Assembly (NCBI GenBank): GCA_950097015.1
Contig: CATNEN010000039.1
Coordinates: 15,128,001-15,192,000 of the forward strand
Length of the DNA: 64,000 nucleotides
Source: Macrostomum hystrix
Lineage: Eukaryota > Animalia > Platyhelminthes
Direction of reading: 5' to 3'
This document shows positions 44,699-56,912 of the stretch, one piece after another (the stretch's first letter is position 1; each line of letters starts with the position of its first letter). The notes beneath the pieces were generated by a model that ran no database searches, had not been told where the DNA came from, and was given only the letters and a program-made list of their open reading frames with translations. The translations under genes and the position numbers were made by a program.

Positions 44699-44888
44699 GG
44701 CCAATTACAGCAGGTGAGAATAAAGTCATCCCCTGCCCACCAACCCCCAAAAAAGCACTGTACAAACCCCATTCCAGTGCGCCTGCACTCACATTTTCCC
44801 CGGCCGGCCTCTCCTCCTATCTCTGCAGAGTCAACAACCCCAATGCAAAGAGATAGACCGGCCTCTCCTCCTATCACTGCAGTGTTCC

Positions 44889-45309
44889 CTGTTTTCCCCA
44901 GACCAACAGTTGTTTTGTTGTTGTCTTCATATGAAAAAATAACACAGACCAGAGCAAAAGTGAAATTCCCATTGGAGGAGTGGAACTGAATAAACAATCG
45001 GTTTATCAGACTGCACTGACTGCCTCTCTCCCTCTCAGACAGATTTACCTGCGACAGAGTCCACTATGCAAACACATGGCGTTTGTTCACACACTAGGAC
45101 CCCACGGAATTTCCGAGGACTTCCTTGCGGCAGAGTTTTGCTATGTAAAACATGGGCCTATGTACATGCACTGGGTCCCATGGAATTTCCGCGGATTTCC
45201 TTGCGGCAGAGTTCTGCTATGTGAAACATAGGCGCTATGTTCGCAAACTAGGGCCCCACGGAATTTCCGCGGATTTCCTTGCGGCAGAGTTCTGTTAACC
45301 CATACTACT
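44889..45309 (-). repeat. Polinton right terminal inverted repeat
   Basis: Reverse complement of 29996-30416. Confidence 0.95.
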
Positions 45310-45560
45310 GCCACTCCGTGCCCATCTTCCGGATTGTCAGGAATGCCTCGACCGGGTCATCTCCCTCTCCTTGGATACCGCGCTAAGCGCTTCCTTGTTC
45401 ATCAAGGTCGAGTTTCGAAGGTCGTCAACAAACTGGCTGATTCGGTGCAGCTTGAGTGTCTCGCTGTCGAGGAAGGCATTCAGCGCCTCGGCCAGCTGCT
45501 GCTTCGCCGAAGACAGCTTTGCAATATTCGAGGTCGAAGTAAACACATGACTCTGCCGAT
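45310..45560 (-). pseudogene. P4HA: Prolyl 4-hydroxylase alpha subunit-like gene, 5' part of the interrupted exon
   Basis: FTSTSNIAKL..LAEALNAFLDSETLKL, then after a frameshift DPVEAFLTIRKMGTEW, matching P4HA HPVNAFKLMKRLNTEW. The codons for EW overlap the Polinton TSD. Confidence 0.75.
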
Positions 45561-46063
45561 GAGAATGAGAGAAAAATTGTCAGACCTAATAGAGCGATAA
45601 AATAATTTTCCATTTCAACGTATTGGAAAACACAATCCGTGAGATTTACAAGCAGCTCTTGGATATCGGGGTAGCATTAAATCTTGCTTAGCTCTGGCTT
45701 CCTGTGTCTAGCGATATTAAACAATTTAAATGTATGTTTTCTTTCTTTGTTTATTTACTGGAATATATCAGTGGTTAGCTAAAGCCTTTGACTTCAACTC
45801 ACTCCAGAATTTGCAGACACGAAGGTCTTTTATTTATGAGCATTCATGGCTTAAAAAAGTAACCAATTTTTCTCACAACATTTAGCTGTATAATTTATAA
45901 CAGCATTAGTTGGCGGCAACATTTTCCATGCGTTTGCATAGCGGCCAAGCAGTCAATGGACTGAGGAGCTGTATACAGCCATTGGGTGCTACGAAAGGCC
46001 GAACCAGGCCAAGCCGTTGCCCCATTCAACACCTATAAAATCCTGTATCATCTGTCCCCTAGC

Positions 46064-47160
46064 CGTCTCATCTCTCCCGTGTCTCATCTCTCCCGTGTAT
46101 CATTTTTCCCCTGTCTCATCTCTCCCCTGTCTTATCTCTCCCGTGTCTCATCTCCCCCTAGCTGTCTCATCTCTCCCGTGTCTCATCTCCCCCTGTCTCA
46201 TCTCTCCCCTGTCTCATCTCTCCCGTGTCTCATCTCCCCCTGTCTCATCTCCCCCTGTCTCATCTCTCCCGTGTCTCATCTCTCCCGTTTCTCATCTCTC
46301 CCGTGTCTCATCTCCCCCTGTCTCATCTCTCCCCTGTCTCATCTCTCCCGTGTATCATCTCTCCCGTGTATCATCTCTCCCGTGTCTCATCTCCCCCTGT
46401 CTCATCTCTCCCCTGTCTCATCTCTCCCGTGTATCATCTCCCCCTGTCTCATCTCTCCTGTGTCTCATCTCTCCCGTGTCTCATCTCCCCCTGTCTCATC
46501 TCTCCCCTATCTCATCTCTCCCGTGTATCATCTCTCCCGTGTATCATCTCTCCCGTGTCTCATCTCCCCCTGTCTCATCTCTCCCCTGTCTCATCTCTCC
46601 CGCGTCTCATCTCCCCCTGTCTCATCTCTCCCCTGTCTCATCTCTCCCGTGTATCATCTCCCCCTGTCTCATCTCTCCCGTGTCTCATCTCCCCCTGTCT
46701 CATCTCCCCCTGTCTCATCTCTCCCGTGTCTCATCTCTCCCGTTTCTCATCTCTCCCGTGTCTCATCTCCCCCTGTCTCATCTCTCCCCTGTCTCATCTC
46801 TCCCGTGTATCATCTCTCCCGTGTATCATCTCTCCCGTGTCTCATCTCCCCCTGTCTCATCTCTCCCCTGTCTCATCTCTCCCGTGTATCATCTCCCCCT
46901 GTCTCATCTCTCCTGTGTCTCATCTCTCCCGTGTCTCATCTCCCCCTGTCTCATCTCTCCCCTATCTCATCTCTCCCGTGTATCATCTCTCCCGTGTATC
47001 ATCTCTCCCGTGTCTCATCTCCCCCTGTCTCATCTCTCCCCTGTCTCATCTCTCCCGCGTCTCATCTCCCCCTGTCTCATCTCTCCCCTGTCTCATCTCT
47101 CCCGTGTATCATCTCCCCCTGTCTCATCTCTCCTGTGTCTCATATGTCCTGTGTCTCATA
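46064..47160. repeat. 14/16-bp pyrimidine-rich minisatellite with higher-order periodicity
   Basis: Units tgtctcatctctccc(c/g) and tgtctcatctcccc. The same family occurs inverted at 54368-54690. Confidence 0.95.
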
Positions 47161-47835
47161 CACTATATATCATAATCGAGTGTACTAAAGTGTATCGAGT
47201 GTCATTCTATTTAAAACAGGAGTGCAAAACTATCAGTAACTTGTGCAACAGCTTTGCCACAGATTTTCAAACTAGGGGCATTTCTGATTTGACTAGCTTG
47301 TACCCTAGTATAGGTTGTGCGACGGACTCACGACTTGATGGTCTGACAGTCAATCCAACAACTTGTACTGTAATTGTCTCTAGTTCTTCTTTGCTAAATA
47401 TTCCGATTCTATTCCTAAATGTCAGATATAAACGATTCTATGAATGGGATTCAGAAGATTCGCTTTATTAGCTACTGAAAGAGTGGCACAATTGTTAGGC
47501 TAATGTACGAGCATCAAGTTTTTCTTTGCATTGCTAATCTGTCTTTTTGAATATTAGAAACTATATTGCAACCTACCTGCAATTGAGTGTCAGTGTGTTT
47601 TGCAGAACAAAATATCTTGGATTCCATTGACTATCATAAACAAGAAAATACAATTTTCTACAATAGAAGGAATGCAAAGTTAGCAGAGCCTTTTATCCGC
47701 AATATCAAAGGATCAGCATGCCTATTTTGCACAAAGACTTTAATCTTCTATATATACATTGTTGAGACGAGTGAATTTCTATTAATTTGTGAGTGAAGTG
47801 CCTGCAATTGAGCAGTGGTACAAAGTTCTGGAGCA

Positions 47836-49392
47836 ATGTTTTACATGACAATCTGCGTTCTGGTGGCCGTTGCCACTGCTAGCACAGGTGGAGCAGCTCG
47901 CATATTTTTTTGTAAAGCAAATTTACAAGAATATATGAAACTTATCACCTGCACGCATCTACTAATAACTTCAGAATTTTCTAGCGACCCGGTCGACGCG
48001 ACAGTTGCGGCAGCCGACATCAGCTCGGACACTGGCCGCAGCGACATTGAGTGCGCAATGAAATGCGCGAACTCCGCGAGCGACTGCGCAGCCACCGCCA
48101 AACTGCGCGACGCCAACGTCTGCCTATTCTCAGCGCTTCGGAACGCCAATCTGAGTAGAACTCCGGTCACAACTTATCGAAAGCGCTTGAGCCTGCCAAC
48201 CGCTTTGTTTTGTATGAATTTAAAATGTCTCGACACTACAAATTAGCAGTTTTTACACTAGTTACATGACATTGATGCTGAGGGTGTGAGTCGGTCAGCC
48301 GCTAATGTCGCTGCCTCACTTTCCAATGGTCGCTGGTTCGTTCCTCCCTCCAAGTCACGATTATTTCGGGGCTTAGTTGGAGGTTTGCGAAGAAGCGACT
48401 TGCGGAGATGCGCCTTATTCTGCAACCAAAGCTAATTTAAAACAGCTTAACCCCTGCCTCCTGCATGCCTGCTTGTTTGTGTTTGTGTTTGTGCGTTGGG
48501 CCGGGTGTGAGGCGGGGGTGGGGCGGGTGTGCACCAATGTGTACTCTCGTCCCTACCCTTCAGGCATGTAAGTCCTCCCCTGATTTGATCAGCTCTGTGC
48601 GTGTGCCGGCCTGGGGTGAGAGGCACTCCGGCTGCCGCCCCCTTCCCCGCTTGGCTTGCTGCTGTGTGTGAGGTGCCTGTGTCCAGGGGTCCAGATGGCG
48701 CGATGGGCGACTCCCGCCTAGTTCGCCGGCCTGGGGGCATGCCGTTCCTGCGCTTGTGCGTCAAGTGCGGCCCCCCCCCTGCAAAAAAAGGAAAAAAGGC
48801 ATTGATGCTGGAAATTCTATCAAACTTTCTCACAGCTTCCGAACTGTACGTGACTATCTTCAGCAGAACATTCCGGATTATTCAACAACGATTCAGGGGC
48901 AACGTGAGTTTTGCCCGCAGCTGGGCTGATTACGAAGCTGGATTCGGTGACAGCACCGACTTCTGGCTCGGTCTGCGCTCGATTCACGAGCTCACTGCCG
49001 GCTCGCCCAAGCTGCTGAGGATCGAGGCGAGCGCCCAGTCCACAGCTCTGTTTGTGGCCGAATATTCCGGCTTCTCTGTTGGCGGTCCCGCCACCTCTTA
49101 CACAATGACGTACGACTCGTATCTGTCTAGCAACGGAAACATGAGTGGCGACTCGCTCGACTATCACAAGGGCATGAAATTCTCCACGATGGATGTGGAC
49201 AATGATGTTTCCTCAACCAGTTCGTGCTCTGTAGCCAGCGGCAATGGTGGCTGGTGGTATAGCCAGTGCTTCAGCGCCAATCCGAATGGAATTTACAATC
49301 CGTCCAGCGTTCCGGGCAGCAACTACATGTCTTGGACGGGTGCGGACGGCATGAACGGCTTGACCGGCATTCGACTAATGCTCCTGGTTTGA
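47836..49392 (+). CDS. Secreted PAN/apple + fibrinogen-related domain (FReD) protein, copy A
   Basis: Signal-peptide exon MFYMTICVLVAVATAST; PAN-like exon (SDIECAMKCANSASDC..CLFS). FBG exon ~48837-49392 has IIQQRF.G..SF.RSW.DY..GFG...DFWLGL, KFST.D.DND and GGWWY..C...NPNG. Confidence 0.85.
48280..48600 (+). mobile_element. Degenerate tRNA-derived SINE-like insertion in the FReD A intron
   Basis: tRNA-like head (gtgagtcggtcagccgctaat..ggttcgttcct) followed by a GT-rich body. Confidence 0.35.
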
Positions 49393-50659
49393 ACAGAGAA
49401 ACGTCTCTTTTTGTCTCCTTATAATTTTAAGAATTTTCCTTTAAGTAAACAATTGTTGTAGGGCTAAATTAAACAATACAGGCTTTATGAGAAAATCTCA
49501 CTGCTGACACCAAAAGTTAAACCAGGGCTATTTTACGGGCTCGTATAATATTTAATATCTCACTGGATGCCACCAAAGTTGCTGTAGGTGTAATTAAATA
49601 CTAATTTAGCTTTCATCTTATCGCTGACACCAAATTTGTTATAGGCCTTTATTTAATAACTGATCTCACTGCTGTTGTCTCAATTTAATAGATGTTTACA
49701 CTGGCGGTCCTTAAATGGGCCGTTTAGCTCTTCAATCTGGTAGCGTATGTATTGCACGAGCGGTAAATTAGGCAACCGTATGTGTTTCCAGTCAACTAGG
49801 CGTCCCCGAGATTAGAGTTTAGCGGTTCCCTTTTAGGAATATTCTTGGTATAAATCTGAGTATAATTCTTAGTACTTCTAAAATAAAAAAAATGTTTTTT
49901 TTTCACCTAAAATTAATCTTATGCATGCTACTGTTTTCCTATCGCCTTCTTTTTTTAAATTCAAATTGTTCAGCCTCAAACATCAAATAAACACAAAAAT
50001 CAGCACCCGATCGCCGTGCGCACCTCAATCTATATATATAAAAGTGAAAACTCTGTCTGTGTGTGTGTGTGTCTGTCTGTGTGTGTGCAACCTTTTGTCT
50101 TTATAGACGCCGAAACCGCTCAACCAAATTGCACCAAACTTTGCACATACCTAAAACCACCTACGCTGAGTGCAATAGGCTACTCAAATTCCCGAAAAAT
50201 CATTTCCTTCCTGCTCAAAAGTGCAAAAAACTGCTCAAAAATCGTCAAAAAATCACTCAATTCGACATATCGTCGCCCCACTTTGTCAGATTTTCTCCAA
50301 ATTTGATCCACTTACACTTTACATGTTTTCCAACAATGCTGTCAATTTTGAACATCTCTACTCAATCCAGAGCAAAGCTGCATCATCTCAAAGTGAGTCA
50401 CTTTTTGTTTTCCGAGGACAGCCACCCCAACTCCCCTCCGCCACTCTGCGGGCCAAATTTTATTACAGCCACCCCCTCCCTTCCCCGGGCGCCGAAGCCC
50501 CAGACTGTACATTGTATTTTAAGACGTGAATGTACACAGCCCAAACCCCTAGACTGTCTACTGGCCCCCAAGCAGCACTGAGACTGAGTGCGGTGAGTGC
50601 GGTGGCGTCCCAGTGCGCAGGGCTCTCCAGCCAGCCTGGGATAGAAGAAAGAGAGAGGC

Positions 50660-51629
50660 TGGCGATCAACTGATGGGTGGTGTCACTCTGCTGCTGTCTG
50701 GAGACTTTAGACAGACGCTGCCTGTGATTCCGCGTGGCACTCCTGCTGATGAGATTAATGCTTGCCTAAAATCATCTCACCTGTGGCCATCGGTTGTGAA
50801 GTTGCACCTACGAACAAACATGAGAGCTACAATTCAAGGAGACGAAACAGCTCATGAGTTCTCTGCCAATCTATTGCGAATCGGCAATGGTCTGCTGGAG
50901 ATTAGCACCGAGGATGGGCAGTCATCGATCGCTACAATCGGAACCATTGTGCAGTCAGTGCAGGAGCTCAAGGCAAAAGTTTACCCGAACCTGATGGTTC
51001 GATATGCTGACGTTGACTGGCTGTCAGAGAGGGCAATTCTGTGTCCTAGAAATGATGCCGCCAACGAAATTAACTACCAACTGCTTCAGGAGTTGCCAGG
51101 TGCAGTTTTCACCTACAAGTCAATTGATACAACGTTGACTGATGACACCGCTGTGGAGTATCCTGTTGAGTTTCTGAACTCTCTAGATCCTCCTGCAACT
51201 CCATCGCACAACTTGCAGCTGAAAGTTGGGGCACCAATTATGCTCCTCCGCAACCTGAATGCGCCAAGGCTGTGTAACGGCACCCGACTGATAGTCAGGC
51301 GGCTCTTCCCACACGTGATTGAGGCCACGATAATGACTGGATCTGGCAGAGGAGAGTCTGTGTTCATTCCCCGGATTCCAATTATCCCCACGGACCTGCC
51401 ATTTCAGTTCAAGCGACTGCAGTTCCCTGTGAGAGTGTGCTTTGCGATGACTATTAACAAGGCTCAGGGACAGTCGCTGAAGGTGGCTGGCATCAACCTG
51501 GAGACTCCTTGCTTCTCGCATGGGCAGCTTTATGTCGCCTGCTCCCGTGTTGGAACTCCAGCTGGCCTATTCATTTTCGCACCAAGGGGAAGAACGAAGA
51601 ATGTGGTATATCCCCAGGCCTTGAGGTGA
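50660..51629 (+). pseudogene. Helitron RepHel C-terminal PIF1-family helicase fragment
   Basis: GDFRQTLPV, LRTNMR, ERAILCPRN, LKVGAPIMLLRNL, LCNGTRL, QFPVRVCFAMTINKAQGQSL, HGQLYVACSRV and TKNVVY. Walker A and B are missing. Confidence 0.9.
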
Positions 51630-51783
51630 CTCGCAAGCAATTAATAGAAAAGTAGTCACGAATTGACCTTGACCTGTCTAACTCTGAACTCTGAAACAGT
51701 TTAATTTTGTTTCTTTGACATTGTTATTGTTATGCCACGTGGCTATTTTCCTTATGTATACGCGTGTACATGCATACTGTATA

Positions 51784-52026
51784 CAGAGGCAGATTTAGGG
51801 GGGAGGGGCGGGGGGGCAGTCGCCCCCCTCAATTTTAATCATGGAAATAAGATGCCCCTTTTCGGCCGCTGGCGCCCCTTTTTCAGCCGCTGGCTCCCGT
51901 TTTTCAGCCGCTGGCGCCCTTTCTTGGCTCCTGGCGCCCTTTTTCGGCCGCTGGCACCCCCTCTGTGATTCTCATGGCGCTCCCCTGACAGACCGCCCCA
52001 AAACAAAATTCCTGGATCTGCCATTG
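51784..52026. mobile_element. hAT-type MITE nested in the Helitron
   Basis: Imperfect TIRs cagaggcagatttagg / cctggatctgccattg. Exact 8-bp TSD actgtata at 51776-51783 and 52027-52034. Internal ~21-bp GC repeats. Confidence 0.85.
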
Positions 52027-52832
52027 ACTGTATAGAGGCTAAGAGACATGTTTCTAAAGAAGTAATCAAGAGGGGGCTGTTTGGACAAACTTTTCACTTA
52101 TTTTTTACTTAAAACGCCCTTAAACAAACTCTTCACTTTTCATTAATGCAGTAAATAAATAAATGGTGACCTTCACTATAAAGTTAATACAGAGACGTGA
52201 ATTGCTTACTGCTTTGCTTTAAATTTCTGCCCCAAAAACAACGGGCAAAAAAAGCTAGTAATAATAATAATAGTACAATTCTTAGTATAGTTCTTAGTAT
52301 AGTTCTTAGAACAGTTCTTAGTAAGGTTCTTTGTATGATTCTGAGTATATTTCTCAATATTCTCCTCTCTTAAAATTAAAACTGACACAAAAACGTATCT
52401 ACACTGTCACACAATAAAGATGATTTAGTGTGTGAAGAATGATTACAATTGAGGCTATCAACTTCGGTTGAAATGCATATTAGATTGTGCAGCTACATTT
52501 AAAGCATGCCCAATTAGTTCCATTGAATGTGTACACATTTACCTTACAAGCCACGTAATTTAGTGGATTTTCTATTTTTTAACCATTATCGATAGAGGTT
52601 TATCGATGCTGACGTCAGATAATTTAGATTCATATGCCGGACGTTCGCTTCACGAAAAGCGGTCATTCGGTTTTGAAATCTTGCAGTGCGTATTTGAAAT
52701 TCCCCCTGCAATCTTCCCAAACAGTCTTTCGACTGCTAAGGCTGATTTTTGTACGCCTTGAATGTCTATGGCCACGACTTGCTTAATCTGTCTTGCTAAA
52801 CTACCTACTAGTATAACTTTAAACCATAGACA

Positions 52833-53226
52833 TTAGTAGCGTGTATGGCAACACACACGCACTCGCGTCGGAGAATAGCGGGTCGATCGTCCATGTACGC
52901 GTCTGCGCGGTCCCTGCGGAGTACACAGAAGCACGTCCAGCAGCGGCTGAGGGCAGTAGGCTTCAGCCATGATCACGTGCCCAGCAAGCCGCAGGCGCTG
53001 CTGTCTCAGCAGGTCGGAAGGCCGAGTCGGTCGTCTCGCTTCCTTGTCCGTGGCGGACGCCAAACGCAGCGCAAAGTAGGGCCGCAGGCGCCGCGATGAG
53101 CTGCCCCTCGAGTGCCTCCGTCAGAGTCCAGGTCTCTGCATCGTAGAGCAGCATTGTCTCAACGACCGCCTGAAATAGCTTTCTAGAGAGTTTTGGAGAC
53201 CTGAGCAGCCTTTCGGTGAGGTGCAT
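52833..53226 (-). mobile_element. Degenerate 3' fragment of a non-LTR retrotransposon (RTE-like ORF2 C-terminus)
   Basis: LFQAVVETMLLYDAETWTLT and LRQQRLRLAGHV..G.RR.G motifs, in shifted frames. Confidence 0.75.
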
Positions 53227-53627
53227 TCATTGCCCGCTGACTCGACAGAGGCAAAATTCTTAATTCTTGATTCAGTTTTGGCCCTGGATTGAAAGAGTAT
53301 TCATTTATTGGAAACAAAAGAAGTTTAGTATTTTAAAGCACTAAAATAAATAAATAAATAACTTTACCATTAAAAACTAAAATCCTTTGAATTTGGATAA
53401 AGAGACAGACTAGCAGTGAAAACAAGAGCTTAGATTTTTAGGACACAAAAGATAACTATGACAAAAAGTTCTCTGATTGAGTTGCAGCAAGGAAAAGTAC
53501 CAGCTTTGGTGTGGAGGCTTGTTGTGAAATTTACCAATGTCTACTAAAAGCAGAAGAACAAAGTATCATTGGATCGTGGAAAAAGAACTACCGAAGGCCG
53601 ATTTCAAACAACAAAAATAATTCATTG

Positions 53628-53752
53628 CACCTGGGTGAACTGAAGCAACGTAGAGTTAAGTGTCTTGCTAAAAGATGCCAATTGTTCCGGTGCAGTTGGG
53701 AATCGAACCCCCGACCTTAAAGTCGTGAGTCAGACGCTTAAACAACTAGGCT
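53628..53752 (-). mobile_element. tRNA/CORE-like SINE, family B copy 2
   Basis: ctgggtgaactgaagcaacg..gttaagtgtcttgcta..gaatcgaacccccgac, homologous to 13558-13680. Confidence 0.7.
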
Positions 53753-53811
53753 GCAAACGAAATGTTGAGGCTAAGTTTTTTCCTGACTTTGTCGACAATG
53801 GTCAAGAAAGT

Positions 53812-55185
53812 CTAAACCAGAAGCAGGAGCCGAACGCTTTTCAGGGCGACGTGTGTATTCAGCACGCCGTACCAGTTCATGGAGCTAGTGTCGCTCACAC
53901 CGGAGAGTCGATAGAGCCCGTTCGGATTCGAACTGTAACAGCTGAAGAACCACCAGCCGCCGTTGCCGAATGTGGTGGAACACGAGCGAAAAGCATCGGC
54001 GTCATTGTCCCTGTCCATTGTGGAGAATTTCATGCCTTTGTGCGAGGACAGAGAGTCGCTAGTTGTGTTAGAACTACCAGTCAGGTAAGAATTGAAAGTC
54101 ATTGTATAGTTCGTGCTGGCGTTGTTGACAACGAAGCCGGAGTATTCGCTAACGTACAGAACGTTTGACCACGTGACAAGTTCGACTCGCAATAGTTTCG
54201 GCGAGTCGACAGTCAGCTCGTTCATTGTGTGCAGGCCTGTTGTCATTAGGGTGATTTAATTTAATTATTCATTTTTCATTTAGGTTAATTTAACGAAAGG
54301 TGGGCAAAATGTGCAATCTATCTTGCGTGCCAAGGGGGAGACATACAAAAGTCGACAGCGAACAGATATGAGACAGGGGAGATTTGAGACAGGGACAGGG
54401 GAGAGATGAGACTCGGGAGATTTGAGACAGGTAGCGATGAGACAGGGAGAGATGAGACAGGAGAGAGATGAGACAGGAGAGAGATGAGATAGGGGAGAGA
54501 TGAGACAGGAGAGAGATGAGACAGGAGAGAGATGAGACAGGAGAGAGATGAGACAGGGGAGAGATGAGACAGGGTAGATTTGAGACAGGAGAGAGATGAG
54601 ACAGGGGAGAAATGAGACAGGTAGAGATGAGACAGGTAGAGATGAGACAGGGGAGATGAGACAGGGAGAGATGAGACAGGGTAGAGATATAAAAGGTGAG
54701 AGATGTTCCCAACGATCGTGACTCACCGATCCAGAAGTCGTCTTCATCACCGAATCCGAGCTCGTATTCCTCCCAGGTGCGTGCAAAACTCTGCGAGCCT
54801 TTCACGCGCTGTTCAATGACTCGATACTTGGAACTGCCAATGTAGCTGTAGAACTCTGAAACTTGTTTCAATAATTTACGTATATTATTGAGTGACGGCA
54901 ATGTATCAACTCTGCTTGAGCACGGCCTACAGTGTCATAAGTGTCGACTCACCGAAGACTCCTGGCTTCAATCTGTAGACTGTGCTGCCCGGAGCAGCTG
55001 CTGAAAAGTCGGCGCGCCAGAGCCCGGCGTGCAGACAGAGCCGCTTCTCTGGCACAAAGGCGACCGCTGAGCAGCTAGTTCTACCCAGCGAATCGCATTT
55101 TAGGGCGCAGTCGGTGTCACTGCGGCCCGCAGTCGATGCCAGAGCGGCTGCTCCCGACGTAATTGTCGGAGCACTGGAGAACTCT
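53812..55185 (-). CDS. PAN/apple + FReD protein, copy B (signal exon not located)
   Basis: Exons ~55185-54952 (SDTDCALKCDSLGRTSC), ~54855-54728 (VIEQRVKG.QSF.RTWEEY..GFG...DFWIG) and ~54237-53812 (KFSTMDRDND, GGWWF.SC..SNPNG). Confidence 0.85.
54368..54690. repeat. 16-bp purine-rich minisatellite in the FReD B intron
   Basis: Units gagacaggagagagat; reverse complement of the 46-47 kb array. Confidence 0.9.
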
Positions 55186-55194
55186 GGTAAAGTT

Positions 55195-55565
55195 AGTAAT
55201 AGTAATTGCAAGAGAACTGCGGGCAATGGCACATCATTTGGTGACACTAGACCCGCAGCCAGCGAGGAGGCAATTCTGCCCATTTCGCTGACTCCTCAGC
55301 ACACACGCACAGATACTGTACGCAGGCACAGGCTCACACAGGTGTGTACATCTGCCCTGACTTTCTCATCGTCAGGCAGTGTACACTCTCACTGTGCCTT
55401 GGAGGTTGGCCCTCAAGGGCCTAAATTGCACGACAAGCCCCCCAAGCCTTCTCTCAGCTGCACCCCAAATAAATTTGGCCTCTCCGTTAGACCGCTCTGC
55501 CGCACACTCTCTCTTGACAAGTTAACACCGAGGTCCCTGAGTTCGATTCCCAGCTGGCCAACCCG
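55195..55565 (-). mobile_element. tRNA-derived SINE, family A copy 4
   Basis: Reverse complement of the family A body. Its tail abuts the FReD B splice acceptor. Confidence 0.8.
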
Positions 55566-56912
55566 CTTCCCCAAAATGGCACAATGCCTAAATGAATAAC
55601 TCTGGACAGATGTTTACACTCCTGTGTGCGTGTGTGCTCGGGAGTCACTCTACTGCGACCAACTGATGCAGCAGTACCCAGCTGCCCTTCCGAAAAAGTT
55701 GTATTATCTTATGAGTGCACGCACCTGTATTACCGAGTGTCTTAGACACTAAAATGCCCATAACGAGCAGCACAGTTCTAGTCGGAGTCATCCGCGACAT
55801 CCGGAGTAATCTGATAAACAGAAAAGGCTCAAGTTTACGCTATTTCCATGCCACCTGCAGAGCAGAAAAACAATTGCTTTTAAACAAAGAATCCGCCAAT
55901 TTGTTTGCTTGAAAATTGTCATGTCAACCATGAAGGCTTTTCATCCTGTGGCCAGTCTTGAGTAAGGAGCTGGCTTTAACTCACTCTTTTCTGATTGACG
56001 CTTCAGTTTGGGGCTCTAGAGCTGTGGGTCGGTGGATGAGCTGAGCTTAAAATCGATTTTCTGAAAGCCACGTTGAGTCGCTTAAGCATGTTTACTCGTA
56101 GTTGCTCATAAAGGCTCAGGATCGTAAATACTTTACTGCCATTGATTTAGACACAAAAATTTGTCTTCTGGCTCTGCGGGCTTAAATAAAAGAATTAGCA
56201 AGTGCATTTGTCTGTCATAGCGAACTGTAATTGTCATAAGGAACTGTTATACACTGTCGTAACGTACTGGTAATAACGCTTCAGTAATAAATAATGTGTC
56301 ATCTGCGATTTTTAAAGATTGTGTCATTTAAGTTAAAACTTTTTAGCTGAACTTCATCTTTTAAATCATATTTTAAACAACACGCAGACACACAGACTTT
56401 AGCTAAAACATCGAGAATTTATTTTACTTTCATGTAAAATAAAAAACTATTTGTAAGAATGAGGCGATAGTAATTTTCTGTTGTATCACAAGGCTTATCA
56501 GAGTTCCCTTTCCGATCTGATTTCATAAGTTCTGTGACATTGTCGTTACGTTCACTTGCTTTATTTGAGTTTATTTCATAGTTTTAATGAAATCAAGCCT
56601 GTTAAAGTTAACAAGATGGGGCAGGGTGAACTGCGCGCATTCAACCAATCAGAACGCGCTATTGGGGTAGAAATTCCTTGGTGAGGGTTGAGAAATACGC
56701 CGAGGTTGCGGTTTAGCCAATCAGAAACAAGAGTTAAAAATAGAAATCTCTGTAAGGCTAAGCAGTAGGGTGGAGTCACAGGCGAGAAAAAAATAATGGT
56801 GTTAGTCTGGTGGTTAAGCGAGGTTAGTTTAACGCAAATAATTCCATTAACGGATCCAATTAAATCGAATTTTCAGGACTCGAATTCTCGCGAAAAAGTT
56901 TAGCTGCGCCGT

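Larger units (their letters stand above)
29996..45309 (+). mobile_element. Complete Polinton/Maverick (adintovirus-like endogenous virus), 15,314 bp
   Basis: Termini agtagtatggg...cccatactact; 421-bp TIRs; 6-bp TSD gccact at 29990-29995 and 45310-45315. Encodes an RVE integrase, pPolB, packaging ATPase, cysteine protease, and major and minor capsid proteins. Confidence 0.97.
50029..52258 (+). mobile_element. Non-autonomous (internally deleted) Helitron
   Basis: 5' end TC(tatatatataaaa..gtctgtgtgtg); 3' subterminal hairpin gccc..gggc then CTAG; inserted between A and T with no TSD. Contains the C-terminal PIF1 helicase but no Rep domain. Confidence 0.88.

Noticed and set aside
44980-45231. 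Identical 83-aa ORFs at 30074-30325 and 44980-45231
   Set aside because: They are the two TIR copies, start at GTG and show no protein features.
45986-47471. Three overlapping 300-480 aa ORFs (also those at 1262-2136 and 12289-12957)
   Set aside because: Translations of stop-free minisatellites.
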